Shown in pieces: positions 23,901-32,812 of a stretch of DNA of 64,000 nt (position 1 is its first letter; each line of letters begins with the position of its first letter). The notes below the pieces were generated by a model that was given only the letters and a program-made list of their open reading frames with translations, had not been told where the DNA came from and made no database searches. The position numbers and the translations under genes are program-made. Source of the stretch: Cyanidioschyzon merolae. Lineage: Eukaryota. Location of the stretch: the NCBI GenBank assembly GCA_000091205.1, contig AP006496.2; one strand, 5' to 3'.

Positions 23901-24886
23901 GTAGACGCGTCAGCGTCTTTTGCAAACGCGCTAGGGCCGATACCGCAGCCGCTTACCTGGGGACGTGTAAAACACGAGCCCTGGGGTGCTCCCGCTGTCC
24001 CGGACGCATCGAGCGGGCTATCCTCTGCCAACATGGACAGGAGTTGCTCGTCGCTTAGCTGGACTCGGGGGCAACGCTTCCCATTCTCAATCATGTTTTG
24101 CGGTCCCTGCATTGGTGCCGAGTCCTCATGCGCACTGCCCCCTTTGACCGCACCAACCGACGCACCAGCTTTGTGGTTTGTTGATGACTTTGGCCTTGAA
24201 AACTGCGCCGCGGTTTTCGAAGCCTGCACGCTACGTTCTCGCTGGTCCAGGTCTAGCCCTGTGCTCGACAACGATTGTGCATTGTCGAAGCATGACTGTC
24301 GCCACGCGGGACCTGGAGGCACACGTTCGTATGGTTCCGCGTGCGACTCGCCGGCGCTCCGAGCGCTATTTATTGAATTTGGCAACCGGCCAAGCCTCCG
24401 TAAACCGGTCACCCCGAGAGGTCGACGGGTGCTGTTCGCCGGTCTGACTGTACCTTGAAGCCCCGTCTGTAAGCTTTCACCGTCACTTGACGCTGCACGC
24501 GGTGACAGGCTATCCCGAAGAGCTGGCGGCGCTTGTTTGCAGTCCTCCTCGACTGACTCCACGGGCTCCAGAACCTGCACCAAGATCTGGTTACCGAGCG
24601 AGAAAACCTCGCCGCTAACGTCAATTTTCGTCCTTGGCACCGTCTCGCTGAACACTGTACGTCTCCTTTGATGTGCACGACTCGCACACGCGCTGGAGCT
24701 CGACTCGGGAGACTCGTCCGTAGGCACTGTTTCATCTAACAGCTGCAACCGAACGCGAGCCTCGTTGCCCGGCACCGCACTGCTTTGAAGAATACCGTCC
24801 TTCCAGCGTTTGGACTTGCGATGAACATCGAACGAATAAAGCACAGACCAGCGTTGTGGTCCCGCAGAAGTCAGCCGCGTGGGCAT
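20945..24886 (-). CDS. UPF1-like superfamily-1 helicase (AAA_11/AAA_12 type) with a ~700-aa low-complexity N-terminal region.
   Basis: Motif I is 'GAFGTGKTRT', Ia is 'VAAGTNVAVDNIL', II is 'VLVDEASQIME', III is 'VIAGDERQLPPL', IV is 'QFRCHPQIAQIA', V is 'IDAFQGGERKLIVLSTV', and VI is 'RVNVALTRASHHLIITG'. This is not the Pif1/Helitron type. The track start at 25012 is TTG; the first ATG is at 24886. Confidence 0.85.
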   Translation of the reverse strand: MPTRLTSAGPQRWSVLYSFDVHRKSKRWKDGILQSSAVPGNEARVRLQLLDETVPTDESPESSSSACASRAHQRRRTVFSETVPRTKIDVSGEVFSLGNQILVQVLEPVESVEEDCKQAPPALRDSLSPRAASSDGESLQTGLQGTVRPANSTRRPLGVTGLRRLGRLPNSINSARSAGESHAEPYERVPPGPAWRQSCFDNAQSLSSTGLDLDQRERSVQASKTAAQFSRPKSSTNHKAGASVGAVKGGSAHEDSAPMQGPQNMIENGKRCPRVQLSDEQLLSMLAEDSPLDASGTAGAPQGSCFTRPQVSGCGIGPSAFAKDADASTEPPRFRVSASHPRLATCLPSSGAIDSVGVSVRHRSSASRQITNAQDLTLTFPRRSASSRKETADVGELCPGGRKPAGSSSSTQVSLQTTNTWNSIPAYRQEMLLLLAAQIQKQLDAQAEVLERACEQLLDHSSKQPAYAHIALPHRQGSALIVRHGVESFAVMSRTAKNAQRTRHGLHDETKQPPDDQLVPGTKYFLRFRPESRLDEFATCLDRDALWALGTRTAWREHFRSEHSSAVADGVTLVRSLYHGVSTVSGLLEVQPLGRCNRRIWRKQPCSVLVMCCACLPTELLCLDAFLNEEPFGRLHVLRQLVGSPVATTNTKQPQAQNDCLQQVPLRNEDQKSLESCGGQPFANADIPLVPSSAEPGTRSDSKPSSDPAVQLEGRQRTLFSLDSPCPSSGGVPTELASACAAQHQRLETVSSAWNLEQQQQQQQVIQACLNGVALIRSKDSQARGVDRPHLVAVHGAFGTGKTRTLVESILAMLEQQPSLRILVAAGTNVAVDNILLGLLQRGFKDFARAGNEGRMHPSVCEFTLKGFKKRFRRATVDNGRDSMQVHPASAGTNIAQAMSHEAPTVAPVDGEFPSPRDSTQVEQSMSALRKRVSGSGCRTGLMKLVSAPQICFTGNATSTKLCPQRRRDSCLDLRAPAEELDSETVEKASREAFRSRSVVGVTCASATQAILHGLRFDVVLVDEASQIMEPLALAPILELGADHVFVVIAGDERQLPPLMSGRSSEDVPDQCCISRSLLKRLGERADVLNLYLTVQFRCHPQIAQIASELAYGGAVRSAYPITAFPAAVPRLAPVTFVPIDGHDEASLDKSRFNRVEAQWIVRFLQRIARCSAMEPTQVGVICLYRAQAAIIQHLANASDNAELGHRPRISAAKIESSRWSMASVKISTIDAFQGGERKLIVLSTVCSCRSQGRQLLDSLERVNVALTRASHHLIITGHRLTLTSNPIWRRVLEHCEPLPPSLAGTALNTLDH
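22595..22616. repeat. (TTG)n microsatellite, encoding poly-Q on the minus strand within the helicase.
   Basis: ttgttgttgttgttgttgttg. Confidence 0.9.
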
Positions 24887-24949
24887 GCACGCGCGGAGCA
24901 GACAAGACAGCAACGCTGCATGCACGCATGCATTCCCGCCATTGCCAGG

Positions 24950-25560
24950 CGACTGGTGACGTCGTTTCGCTTCGATGCGTGGCGTTGTCCATAAAATGAT
25001 GCAATGTTTCAAAAGTTACATCTTCTATGCGTACGCATGCCCGAGGGGCATACGTGTTCCGTGGAGCAGTGCCCGAGCATGGCGGCGGGTGCTCCATATA
25101 CATGTCCGTAAAACTTGAAATGTTCTACGACCACGACGGGTATGCGTACATTTTTACGCGCTTACGCCTCTTAGCTTTTCTGACCGGCATTCTGCTATCG
25201 GTTTCAGCTTCTCCTTGCACAGTTCGAGCCTGACAGGCTGCCAAGTGAAGCAGGAATTGTGTCAGCTCCTCGGGTCTCGTCTTCAGCACCGCACATCGTA
25301 TGATATTGATGACGGCGTTGAAGTCTCGCTTCACCAACTCCTTGCGTTTATTGCCTCTGGTTGAACTCACCAATGCAAGGATTGCTAGAACTCGTGCTCT
25401 CTGTGCCGTTTGCTGCAGTGTCAGCGCTGCGCTGCCTTCTCTCCATCACGATCTTCTGCAGTGTACATCCCAGCACATCCCTTACATATTTTGATTCTTC
25501 AAATGTACGCACTTCTTTATGCCCGTAGGTAAGGAATTCCCCTGAAAGAGAAGGACTGGT
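24950..25560 (-). mobile_element. TnpB/Fanzor-like 3' fragment, family 1 copy B.
   Basis: Minus ORF 25125..25373 carries 'KRDFNAVINIIRCAVLKTRPEELTQ' (RuvC-III). The upstream frame 'EVRTFEESKYVRDVLGCTLQKIVMERRQR' is homologous to copy A 'IDEFRASYTHHELGCTLQRVEMETCQRR'. The 3' tail at 24950-25125 aligns with copy C (for example 'cgatgtgcggtgctga.gacgagacccg.ggagctgac'). It sits within 70 bp of the helicase start codon. Confidence 0.65.
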
Positions 25561-26188
25561 GGCAGAAACAGGTCATGCGCCCTGGTGTGTCACCGTGTGC
25601 TGAACGCATCAGCGATTCGCCCAGTGCAGCGATGTTTACGTTTCACGATGGAAAACATACACTGAATGGGCATGAACCACGGAGTGTACGGCGGAATGAA
25701 AATCAGCACTATCCCCGCCAGAATTTGCAAAAACCCCGAACTTAACGGTAATCTAGAAATGCCACGTGGTCCTTTAGAAGAGCGTCGTCATACGGCATCG
25801 AAAATTCTCCAATGATTCGACAAAGAACGTGCTGTTGTATCAGCCTTGCCTGTGAGCGAAACTGAGGCCGCCAAGTGGATCCGCTCCACCTGGACCAGAC
25901 GATGATTTCCGAGTTCTCCTCACGTTCGATTGTACATACAACGGAACACCCTGCTCCGCGAATACCCGTATACGCTCCAACCGTCTCATCCGATGAAAGT
26001 CTCATCAACTGAAAAAACAAACCGACTTGCCTGTGCTTCATACCGATGGTTGAGTTCTGTGAATTCTGTTGTTGCGGATTCGGCGGAAGCTGTGCTTTCG
26101 TGAACCTGGACTTTATTGCGCCCGGATCCCAGTGTTTTGAGGGTCAAACGAACAATCTGTTGAGAAACAGAGACGCTTGTGGGAACTA

Positions 26189-26461
26189 TTATCGTCGCTC
26201 TTTGCCTTCCGCAAAGAGATCGATCGGTTGTTTTTCTACCGTAGACCGCAAAAAGTCTTTAAAAATATCGGTTTTTGGCACTAAACTCCTTTCTTCTTTC
26301 ACTGTTCCTAAACTATCCGCGTACCGTGGTACGACTGACCTGAAGGAGGAGCGCAGTCCTTCTTCCACTGTCCAGAAAAGAATATATATACTACAAGCGA
26401 TTCGTCTACGATGTATACGATACTTTGCATCGTGATTTCGATAGCCTCCTACGTGCCACAC
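26189..26461 (-). mobile_element. Fragment related to a Tc1/mariner-type transposase N-terminal HTH.
   Basis: 'VPKTDIFKDFLRSTVEKQPIDLFAEGKER' is homologous to 'APKTDILKECLREMVENDPSFTLRKAKT' in the ORF at 31734..32132. Confidence 0.35.
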
Positions 26462-26700
26462 TCTGGGTGAAACAGACTTGCGTTGAAAGATTATGAAAAC
26501 CCATGCAGCCTAGCAGGCAGGTCGGAGTACGTAAATGAATCATATTGTTCCGTTCACAATGCAACGAGTCGCGCAGTCGGCTGCGGGCGGACGAATCGCG
26601 TACCGCGAGCCACGTTGTATGAAGCGGTGTCTGTCTTCGCACTGAAGTCGACGTCGATACTGCTTCTCCGGACGCTCGCTTCAACGCGATCCGGGAGAAG

Positions 26701-27255
26701 ATGCGGCCTCTTACAGAGGACCAGACTCGCCTCGTTTTCGAAAAACTTGCCCGATATATGGGGAAGAATATAAAGCTGCTGTTAGATCGACCCGATGAGG
26801 AGCACTGCTTCCGTTTACACAAGAACCGGGTGTACTACGCGCCGGTACGTCTGATCCGCCAGGCAACTCGCGTGCCGAAGGACGATTTGATTTGTTTCGG
26901 CGTTTGTGTAGGCAAGTTCACGCATTCTGGCAAGTTCCGCGTCGAAGTGACGTTTTTGGACTATCTTGGCAACTATGCACTAGGAAAAGTCTGGCTGAAA
27001 AAGAGTTCCGAAATGAGTTTTCTCTATGGGAACCACGTTGTCAAAGGCGGCGTGGCCCGTTTCACCGAGGGTGCAGTCAAGAACCAAGCTGTGGTCGTGT
27101 ACAACGAGGACGATATTCCTCTTGGTTTCGGGGTCATGGCCCGGTCTGTTGTTGAGTGCGGCATGGCAGGTCCCGAAGACCTTGTTGTTCTGAACCAGGC
27201 GGACCTGGGGATGTATTTGCGCGAAGAGGGGACGCTCTCCGCTGCAGCCTCCTAG
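26701..27255 (+). CDS. NIP7: 60S ribosome subunit biogenesis protein NIP7.
   Basis: It aligns along its full length with NIP7: 'MRPLTEDQTRLVFEKLARYMGKNIKLLLDRPDEEHCFRLHKNRVYY...SFLYGNHVVKGGVARFTEG...VVVYNEDDIPLGFGVMA' (PUA domain). It is 184 aa with an ATG start. Confidence 0.92.
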   Translation: MRPLTEDQTRLVFEKLARYMGKNIKLLLDRPDEEHCFRLHKNRVYYAPVRLIRQATRVPKDDLICFGVCVGKFTHSGKFRVEVTFLDYLGNYALGKVWLKKSSEMSFLYGNHVVKGGVARFTEGAVKNQAVVVYNEDDIPLGFGVMARSVVECGMAGPEDLVVLNQADLGMYLREEGTLSAAAS

Positions 27256-28863
27256 AACTGTGACTTCGGCGACTGCACCGCGACTTGCCCGGTGCAGAGT
27301 ACCAATCGGATTGCATTCGGTCTTGGTGAACAGGGGATTGCTGGAGTTACGGCCCGAGGAATTTATGATATACGCTTTGAAGTTGCTAAATAACAGATGG
27401 CGGCGGGAGCATTCGGAGCGGAAACGCATGCACCACATCTGGGGCAAATGATATTTAGGCGATAGAACATGGTATCTTTACAGTCTGCCGCAGCACAGCG
27501 ACCTTGTGTGTCGTACCCTGAGTTCTTTTACACACGCATCACCGTCCCTGAGTAGATTGTGTACGTTCGTTTCCGCAAGCTTGCGAACCAAATGCGGATT
27601 CAAGGCCATGCGAGTAGTTTGTCCCGAATACGTATGGGCGAGGTTTCGGAAACATGATCTTGGTTCCGATGTGGACGCCTATCCCGAAAGGAACGGGATG
27701 TAACCAGCCTTATAAACAGAGCAGTTAATTCTAGAACAGCTGTACCAGCACGCTCTTTCTGTTGGTACATGTCATTCTCGCGGGTATTAAAGAAACAGAT
27801 AGTATCCTCTAGACTAGAGAATCGTCACGGAAATTCGAAAAAAATGTCACTATTTGGGAATGAAATGGCCTCACTTCAATAAATCAGTAATTCTACGCCC
27901 ATCAGCCGGATGAGTCATGTCCCTCGTTGGCAATATGCTGAGCGCCGTGCACCAGAAATAGAACATATCAGACGCTGTCTGCACAACTGTCTCCTGATCG
28001 TTTCATTCTAATCCATGCGATCTCAAAGCAACGCTACCCAAGCATTCATAAGATGCAGAGATTCCGTGCCGCACATGTGAACGGAGATGAAGAGACACCG
28101 ATGGACAAAGAAAAAACAAGCTTCCATGGCAGACCGTGGCGCGTTGAACCGGACACAATCGAATTCGCACTGAAACGCGACCGCATACGATACGAGCTAC
28201 AGCTATTCGTCCCAGTCGATGAGCGTGTACGCGGAAGAAACCCTAGACATGTATAGGAGCATTCAAAGAGTGGTAAAACGCTGCTCGCAGGGAAGGGGTG
28301 ACAGAACATGACGACTTGAGAGTTACGATACCTCGCAGGTCTCACGAAAGTGCAGCAGTAGAAGCTCGCTCTCCCCTGGTCGAGACCTATGTAAACTGTA
28401 GCGGGGAGCAAGTACTGAGAAACTGAAACCGATCGGAATCGGCTGGTCAAAAAAGTCTCGGAGGCGCCTGCGCGTGCGTAGATGTATCCGCCATCGATGG
28501 TTGTGAAACGTTCTCGTTCTGCTGACCATTGAGAATATCGACTGGTACCGGTGAATCACGCCTTGGTCCCTCGCCTTGATCGACTTGACAAAACTGTTCT
28601 GTCTCCGTGCTGCATGCGCGCCGGCACGATCAGCGCACTATCGCGGAGGCTCGCGGCCCACGATGCAACGTAAGAAACAACCAGTCTCGCTGGGGGATCG
28701 TACGGGTACTGGAACTTGGAAGCAGGTGAAACCACGAATGCTTCCTCTGATCGCTGGCATCAAGCGCACAATGGCAGAGATCCCTGGTCTATATGTGTAG
28801 ACGAGCTGTCGAGCACGAGGCATCTGGAGAATGTGTCGAAAAAACACCCGTGATCATCATCAT

Positions 28864-28887
28864 CGCCGCCGCCGCCGCCGCCGCCGC
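28864..28887. repeat. (GCC)n microsatellite preceded by (ATC)3.
   Basis: atcatcatcatcgccgccgccgccgccgccgccgca. Confidence 0.9.
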
Positions 28888-28931
28888 AGATCTCCAGGCG
28901 CCAGCGGCGAGGTCATGAACGATCAGCAACG

Positions 28932-29717
28932 ATGCACACCGGGTGCCGCCTTAAGCTACAAGAGGACGTGGGAAGCGAAATGAACGCGTTCGTTATTGTA
29001 TCTTTGCGCCTACATAGTGCACTTGCCGTTCGGGTGTCGACGCATACCTGCCAACCACCAGCGTCTACGTTCACTGGAGGTTCGAGTGCGCGCTGGGTTC
29101 AGAGTCTGCGGCGGCCGTTTGCAGCGAATCGTCCGTGCCTTCACGATCCCTCTGCACGTCCAGCGATAGGAGCTACTCGTCGACACCCCACGAGTAGGCG
29201 TGAGTACACGAATACACACATGATGATCAAGGTAGGGGATAAGTTTCCCTCGGGTACGTTTGGGATAATGAAGAATGGCGCTCCTTCAGAGATCACCACA
29301 GATGAGGTCTTCAAGGGTCAGACGGTGGTGATCTGTGGCGTCCCTGGCGCCTTTACGGGCACGTGCAACGCTCGTCACCTACCAGGGTACGTGAACCTGG
29401 CGGACAAGTTCCACGAGCTCGGTGCAAAGGTGGCGTGCCTGGCCACGAACGACGCTTTTGTCATGGATGCGTGGATGAAGATGCGGAACGCCGAGGGCAA
29501 AGTGATTCCACTCAGCGATGGCGACGCTTCGCTTCTGCGTCAAATGGGCCTCACTTTTGACACGGCCAAGTTCGGTGGCGTCCGCGCGGTGCGATTCTCT
29601 ATGATTGTGCAGGACGGTATCGTCAAGGCGTTGAATGTAGAGCAGGGAGGAGCGTTCACCGAGAAAAGCGCTGCGGAAACTGCCTTGGAGCAGTTAAAAG
29701 CTTTAAAGTCGGCATGA
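28932..29717 (+). CDS. PRDX5: PRDX5-type (type II, atypical 2-Cys) peroxiredoxin with a ~96-aa N-terminal extension that may be an organellar presequence.
   Basis: 'VICGVPGAFTGTCNARHLPGYVNLADKFHELGAKVACLATNDAFVMDAWMKM' contains the peroxidatic Cys in the PGAFTxTC context typical of Prx5/PrxII. The N-terminal extension is R/S/A-rich and lacks acidic residues. An internal M at 29221 begins 'MMIKVGDKFP', which is the usual start of the mature family. Confidence 0.85.
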   Translation: MHTGCRLKLQEDVGSEMNAFVIVSLRLHSALAVRVSTHTCQPPASTFTGGSSARWVQSLRRPFAANRPCLHDPSARPAIGATRRHPTSRREYTNTHMMIKVGDKFPSGTFGIMKNGAPSEITTDEVFKGQTVVICGVPGAFTGTCNARHLPGYVNLADKFHELGAKVACLATNDAFVMDAWMKMRNAEGKVIPLSDGDASLLRQMGLTFDTAKFGGVRAVRFSMIVQDGIVKALNVEQGGAFTEKSAAETALEQLKALKSA

Positions 29718-30091
29718 GCGGCATGGATACGCCAGGAAGCGACAGCGCGGGCTAGCGTTCCAGCAGAGAGAAATAGGATACGCTAGCGTAGCGCCAGCAC
29801 GAGCGGATGAACCCATGGCAACGGGGGCGGTGCTGGTTGACAATCGGGTGCTGTCGTTCGCAACCCGCTCACATGTTCACCCTTGCGCACGTCCGCGCCC
29901 GCCTCACGAGGCTCCCGCACTTACCGTCTACGCAAGCCACAAAAACATAGAGCGCGCACGTGCAGGCTGGTAATCGGTCGTCGCCCCGGGCGGTGCAACG
30001 CGTCACCGGCCTCCGCGACCGGCGCAGCACTTTCTGCGGAACGCGGCCAGCGTATGTTAGAAGCTACCAGGACTCGCGGCAGGAAAGCTGG

Positions 30092-31399
30092 TTATAAATC
30101 CGCATTCACTTGCAGCTCTCGCCGGCGCACGATCTCGGCTTCCTCTCGTTCCTGCTGAATAGAGCGCACCTTGCGAGACTCTTGGTCGTAATACAGCACG
30201 GTGGGGCGCCTGCCAAATGGACGGATCCAGAGGTCTTCAAGTCCATTCTCGATCTCCCAGGCCTCCTGCATGGTCTTCACCAGCTCACTACGAACATCAA
30301 ATGTGTTCCCAACAGGCTCACGAAATGCCACACGGTACTCGCGATACTCGTTGCAGTCTGGATCCGCGCTCGATTCGGACCCGGATACACGCTTGTCGCG
30401 CAGCTCGGAAGCTCGCCCGTTGCTCGAACTGGAGACGTTTCGCTGCTGGGCTCCGTTCGCAGCACGATCTGGGCGCGACGGCTCCGCGTCTTCTTCACAA
30501 GGACAGAGCCGAACTCGCAGATCGAAACCAAGCCGATCCAGGCTCACGATCGAACAGTCCAGCGGCTCAATATCCAGGAACACCCGGCAGAAACGCAAAA
30601 GTTCCTCTTTGTGTTCGCGATTCAAACGCACGAGAAGCGTTGGGGCGTCTAAAGCAAGCGGGTCAGGTTTTGCGTTGCGGTACTCCTCGACATCGACCCA
30701 GGTGGCGGTCACTCCGAAACCGCCCACATAGTACACATCCTGTACCTCCATCCGGTAGAACCTGAACTCTGGGTAGCTCAGTGCCTGCTCCGCGTGCGGG
30801 AACCGTTCTATATAGCGGTACGCGTACTCCTCGAGTTCGCTGCCCTCGAGCTCATAGAGCTCGCCCACAAGCGTAGCGCGCTGCCCGCCCTGGCCGCTAC
30901 TGTCACGTGGCTGCGCAAAGAGCGAACAGCGCGGGTCATGACGCAGGTTGATCGAGTGTGCTGCGTTCTTCGCGAGGAGAAAGATGGGACGCCCCCACTC
31001 ATCAAGGATGAAGTCAACGTGGGTCCCAAACGGATGTCCACCGTGTTTGAACGACGCCGTACACAGGGTACCCGTCGCGCAGACGTGCAGCACAGTTCGC
31101 GCTCGCTCACCAGTAGAAAGCTGGTGCCGGTTCTCGTGCCACGCTCGCTCGACATTTCGTGTATGAAGCTCCTCAGAGCTGGTACTGCAGCCGACCAAAG
31201 CAGCCGGTCGTCGCAACCCGTTTTCGCGCCGAACTCGAAAGCAATGGCGCACGTTCGCTTCTACCCCGGTACCGCGGCGTCGACCGGGAGCGCATGCAGC
31301 ACGGTCTCGCAAACGCGACTGCAGCCAACAACCACTGAAGCTCTGGCGCAGAAAGCGAGCACCAGGTTGAGCAAGTGCTCCTGTCCATTGAAATGCCAT
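30092..31399 (-). CDS. Pyridoxamine 5'-phosphate oxidase-like FMN-binding split-barrel protein with a DUF2470 C-terminal domain (GluTR-binding protein / HugZ-like).
   Basis: 'TVLHVCATGTLCTASFKHGGHPFGTHVDFILDEWGRPIFLLAKNAAHSINLRHDPRCSLFAQ...ATLVGELYELE' matches the Pyridox_oxase_2 pattern, followed by 'YPEFRFYRMEVQDVYYVGGFG' (DUF2470-like). The track start at 31420 is GTG; the ATG is at 31399. The ~115-aa N-terminus could be a transit peptide. Confidence 0.65.
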   Translation of the reverse strand: MAFQWTGALAQPGARFLRQSFSGCWLQSRLRDRAACAPGRRRGTGVEANVRHCFRVRRENGLRRPAALVGCSTSSEELHTRNVERAWHENRHQLSTGERARTVLHVCATGTLCTASFKHGGHPFGTHVDFILDEWGRPIFLLAKNAAHSINLRHDPRCSLFAQPRDSSGQGGQRATLVGELYELEGSELEEYAYRYIERFPHAEQALSYPEFRFYRMEVQDVYYVGGFGVTATWVDVEEYRNAKPDPLALDAPTLLVRLNREHKEELLRFCRVFLDIEPLDCSIVSLDRLGFDLRVRLCPCEEDAEPSRPDRAANGAQQRNVSSSSNGRASELRDKRVSGSESSADPDCNEYREYRVAFREPVGNTFDVRSELVKTMQEAWEIENGLEDLWIRPFGRRPTVLYYDQESRKVRSIQQEREEAEIVRRRELQVNADL

Positions 31400-31504
31400 G
31401 GTCGTGCACACTCTCGACACTCTTGCGAGACGCCGTACAGGTAAATCGCTCTATGGGAATTAGTGTTGATGCCGGGTGCGCTCTCGCCCGGTATCTCCGG
31501 ACGT

Positions 31505-31620
31505 CGAGCAGGCGATGCAGCGGCGAGCAGGCGATGCAGCGGCGAGCAGGCAATGCAGCGAAGAGCAGGCGATGCAGCGGGCGTGAAGGCAATGCAGCGG
31601 CGTGAAGGCGATGCAGCGAT
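31505..31620. repeat. Minisatellite of a 19-20 bp unit, about 6 copies, in the 5' flank of the PNPOx-like gene.
   Basis: Repeats of 'agcaggcgatgcagcggcg' with variants (gcaatgcagcgaag, gtgaaggcaatgcagcgg). Confidence 0.8.
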
Positions 31621-31733
31621 CACCGCAGCCGTCTACAAGATGCGCGCGCGCGAGCGACGCTCGACACATCTTTCAACTCAATTTTGTTTCACCCTAGCTG
31701 CGGTGGTGAGCAGGAGCTCGAAATCACGATGCA

Positions 31734-32132
31734 ATGTACCCTGTAGATTGTAGAAGAGTTGCCAGTAGGATATACTCTTTACTGCATAGTTCAAGGAGGA
31801 CTGCGTCTCTTCTTCAGGTTAGTCATACCACAGTACTACGCTGGTTGAGGAACACGGAAAGGAAGAAGTATAAGCGCTCTGCGCCTAAAACCGATATTCT
31901 CAAAGAGTGCCTGCGGGAAATGGTAGAAAACGACCCATCTTTTACCTTGCGGAAAGCAAAAACGACGATAGAGGCCACCATAGGCGTATCTGTTTCTCAC
32001 CAGCTTGTTCGTGTGGTCCTGAAATCACTGGGATACCGTCGCAGAAAAGTCCGACTTCACCCACGACCAACTTCCACCGAACTCGCAACAACAGCGTCTC
32101 TGGAAAGTCGCTATCGATATGAAGCCGAGTGA
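31734..32132 (+). mobile_element. Tc1/mariner-type transposase fragment with only the N-terminal HTH DNA-binding region; no DDE domain follows.
   Basis: 'SHTTVLRWLRNTERKKYKRSAPKTDILKECLREMVENDPSFTLRKAKTTIEATIGVSVSHQLVRVVLKSLGYRRRKVRLHPRP' follows the Tc1-like paired/HTH pattern (compare 'KIAAELNS.GIKVSVSTVKRVLHRHGLRGCRARKKP'). Confidence 0.45.
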
Positions 32133-32812
32133 CGCTGGTGTGTTTTCTCAGTCGATAAGACTTGCTTCGGGTGAAACGGGCGGCGCGTATACGGGTATGC
32201 GCGGAGCAGGGCGCTCGTTGTACGTCTGGTGAAGCTCGAAGAGAACGGAGATATCATCATCCGTTCTATCTGGAATGGATTCATTTGGCAGCCTCAGTTT
32301 TGGCTCCTAGAGAAGACTTACAGAACAGCACCAACCATATTATCGAATCATTGAAGACTTTTCCCTGACGTCTGGTGATGTCCTTCTATCAGACAACGTG
32401 GTATTTCACCATTCGCAATGTGTTCAAGCTTGTGCGGATGATATCTGGGAACAGAGTCGCTCTTCATTCCTTCGTACTGTACGTGTTTCGGCTTCATCAA
32501 AAGAGAGTTTTCTATCGCGGAACGTTAGGATCGCACCACTCGGCGAATCGCTGAAGCGTTCTGCGCAAGGTGACACACCGGGGCACATAACCTCTTGCTT
32601 CCACCAGTCCTTCGCGCTCCGGGAAGGTCGTCACCTCAGGCCATAAACCAGTGCCTTCATGTTCATAAATAAAAAATCTATGGGAAAGTTACGTGCATAA
32701 AAGTCGAGGATGCTGGCGACCCGCTGGGTCCCGCGGCAACTCCTGCGTTCCTGCGAATTTGCGCTCTCGATGCAAGTCAGATAGGTTTTCCTTTGTAGGC
32801 ACGTTCCAAAGA

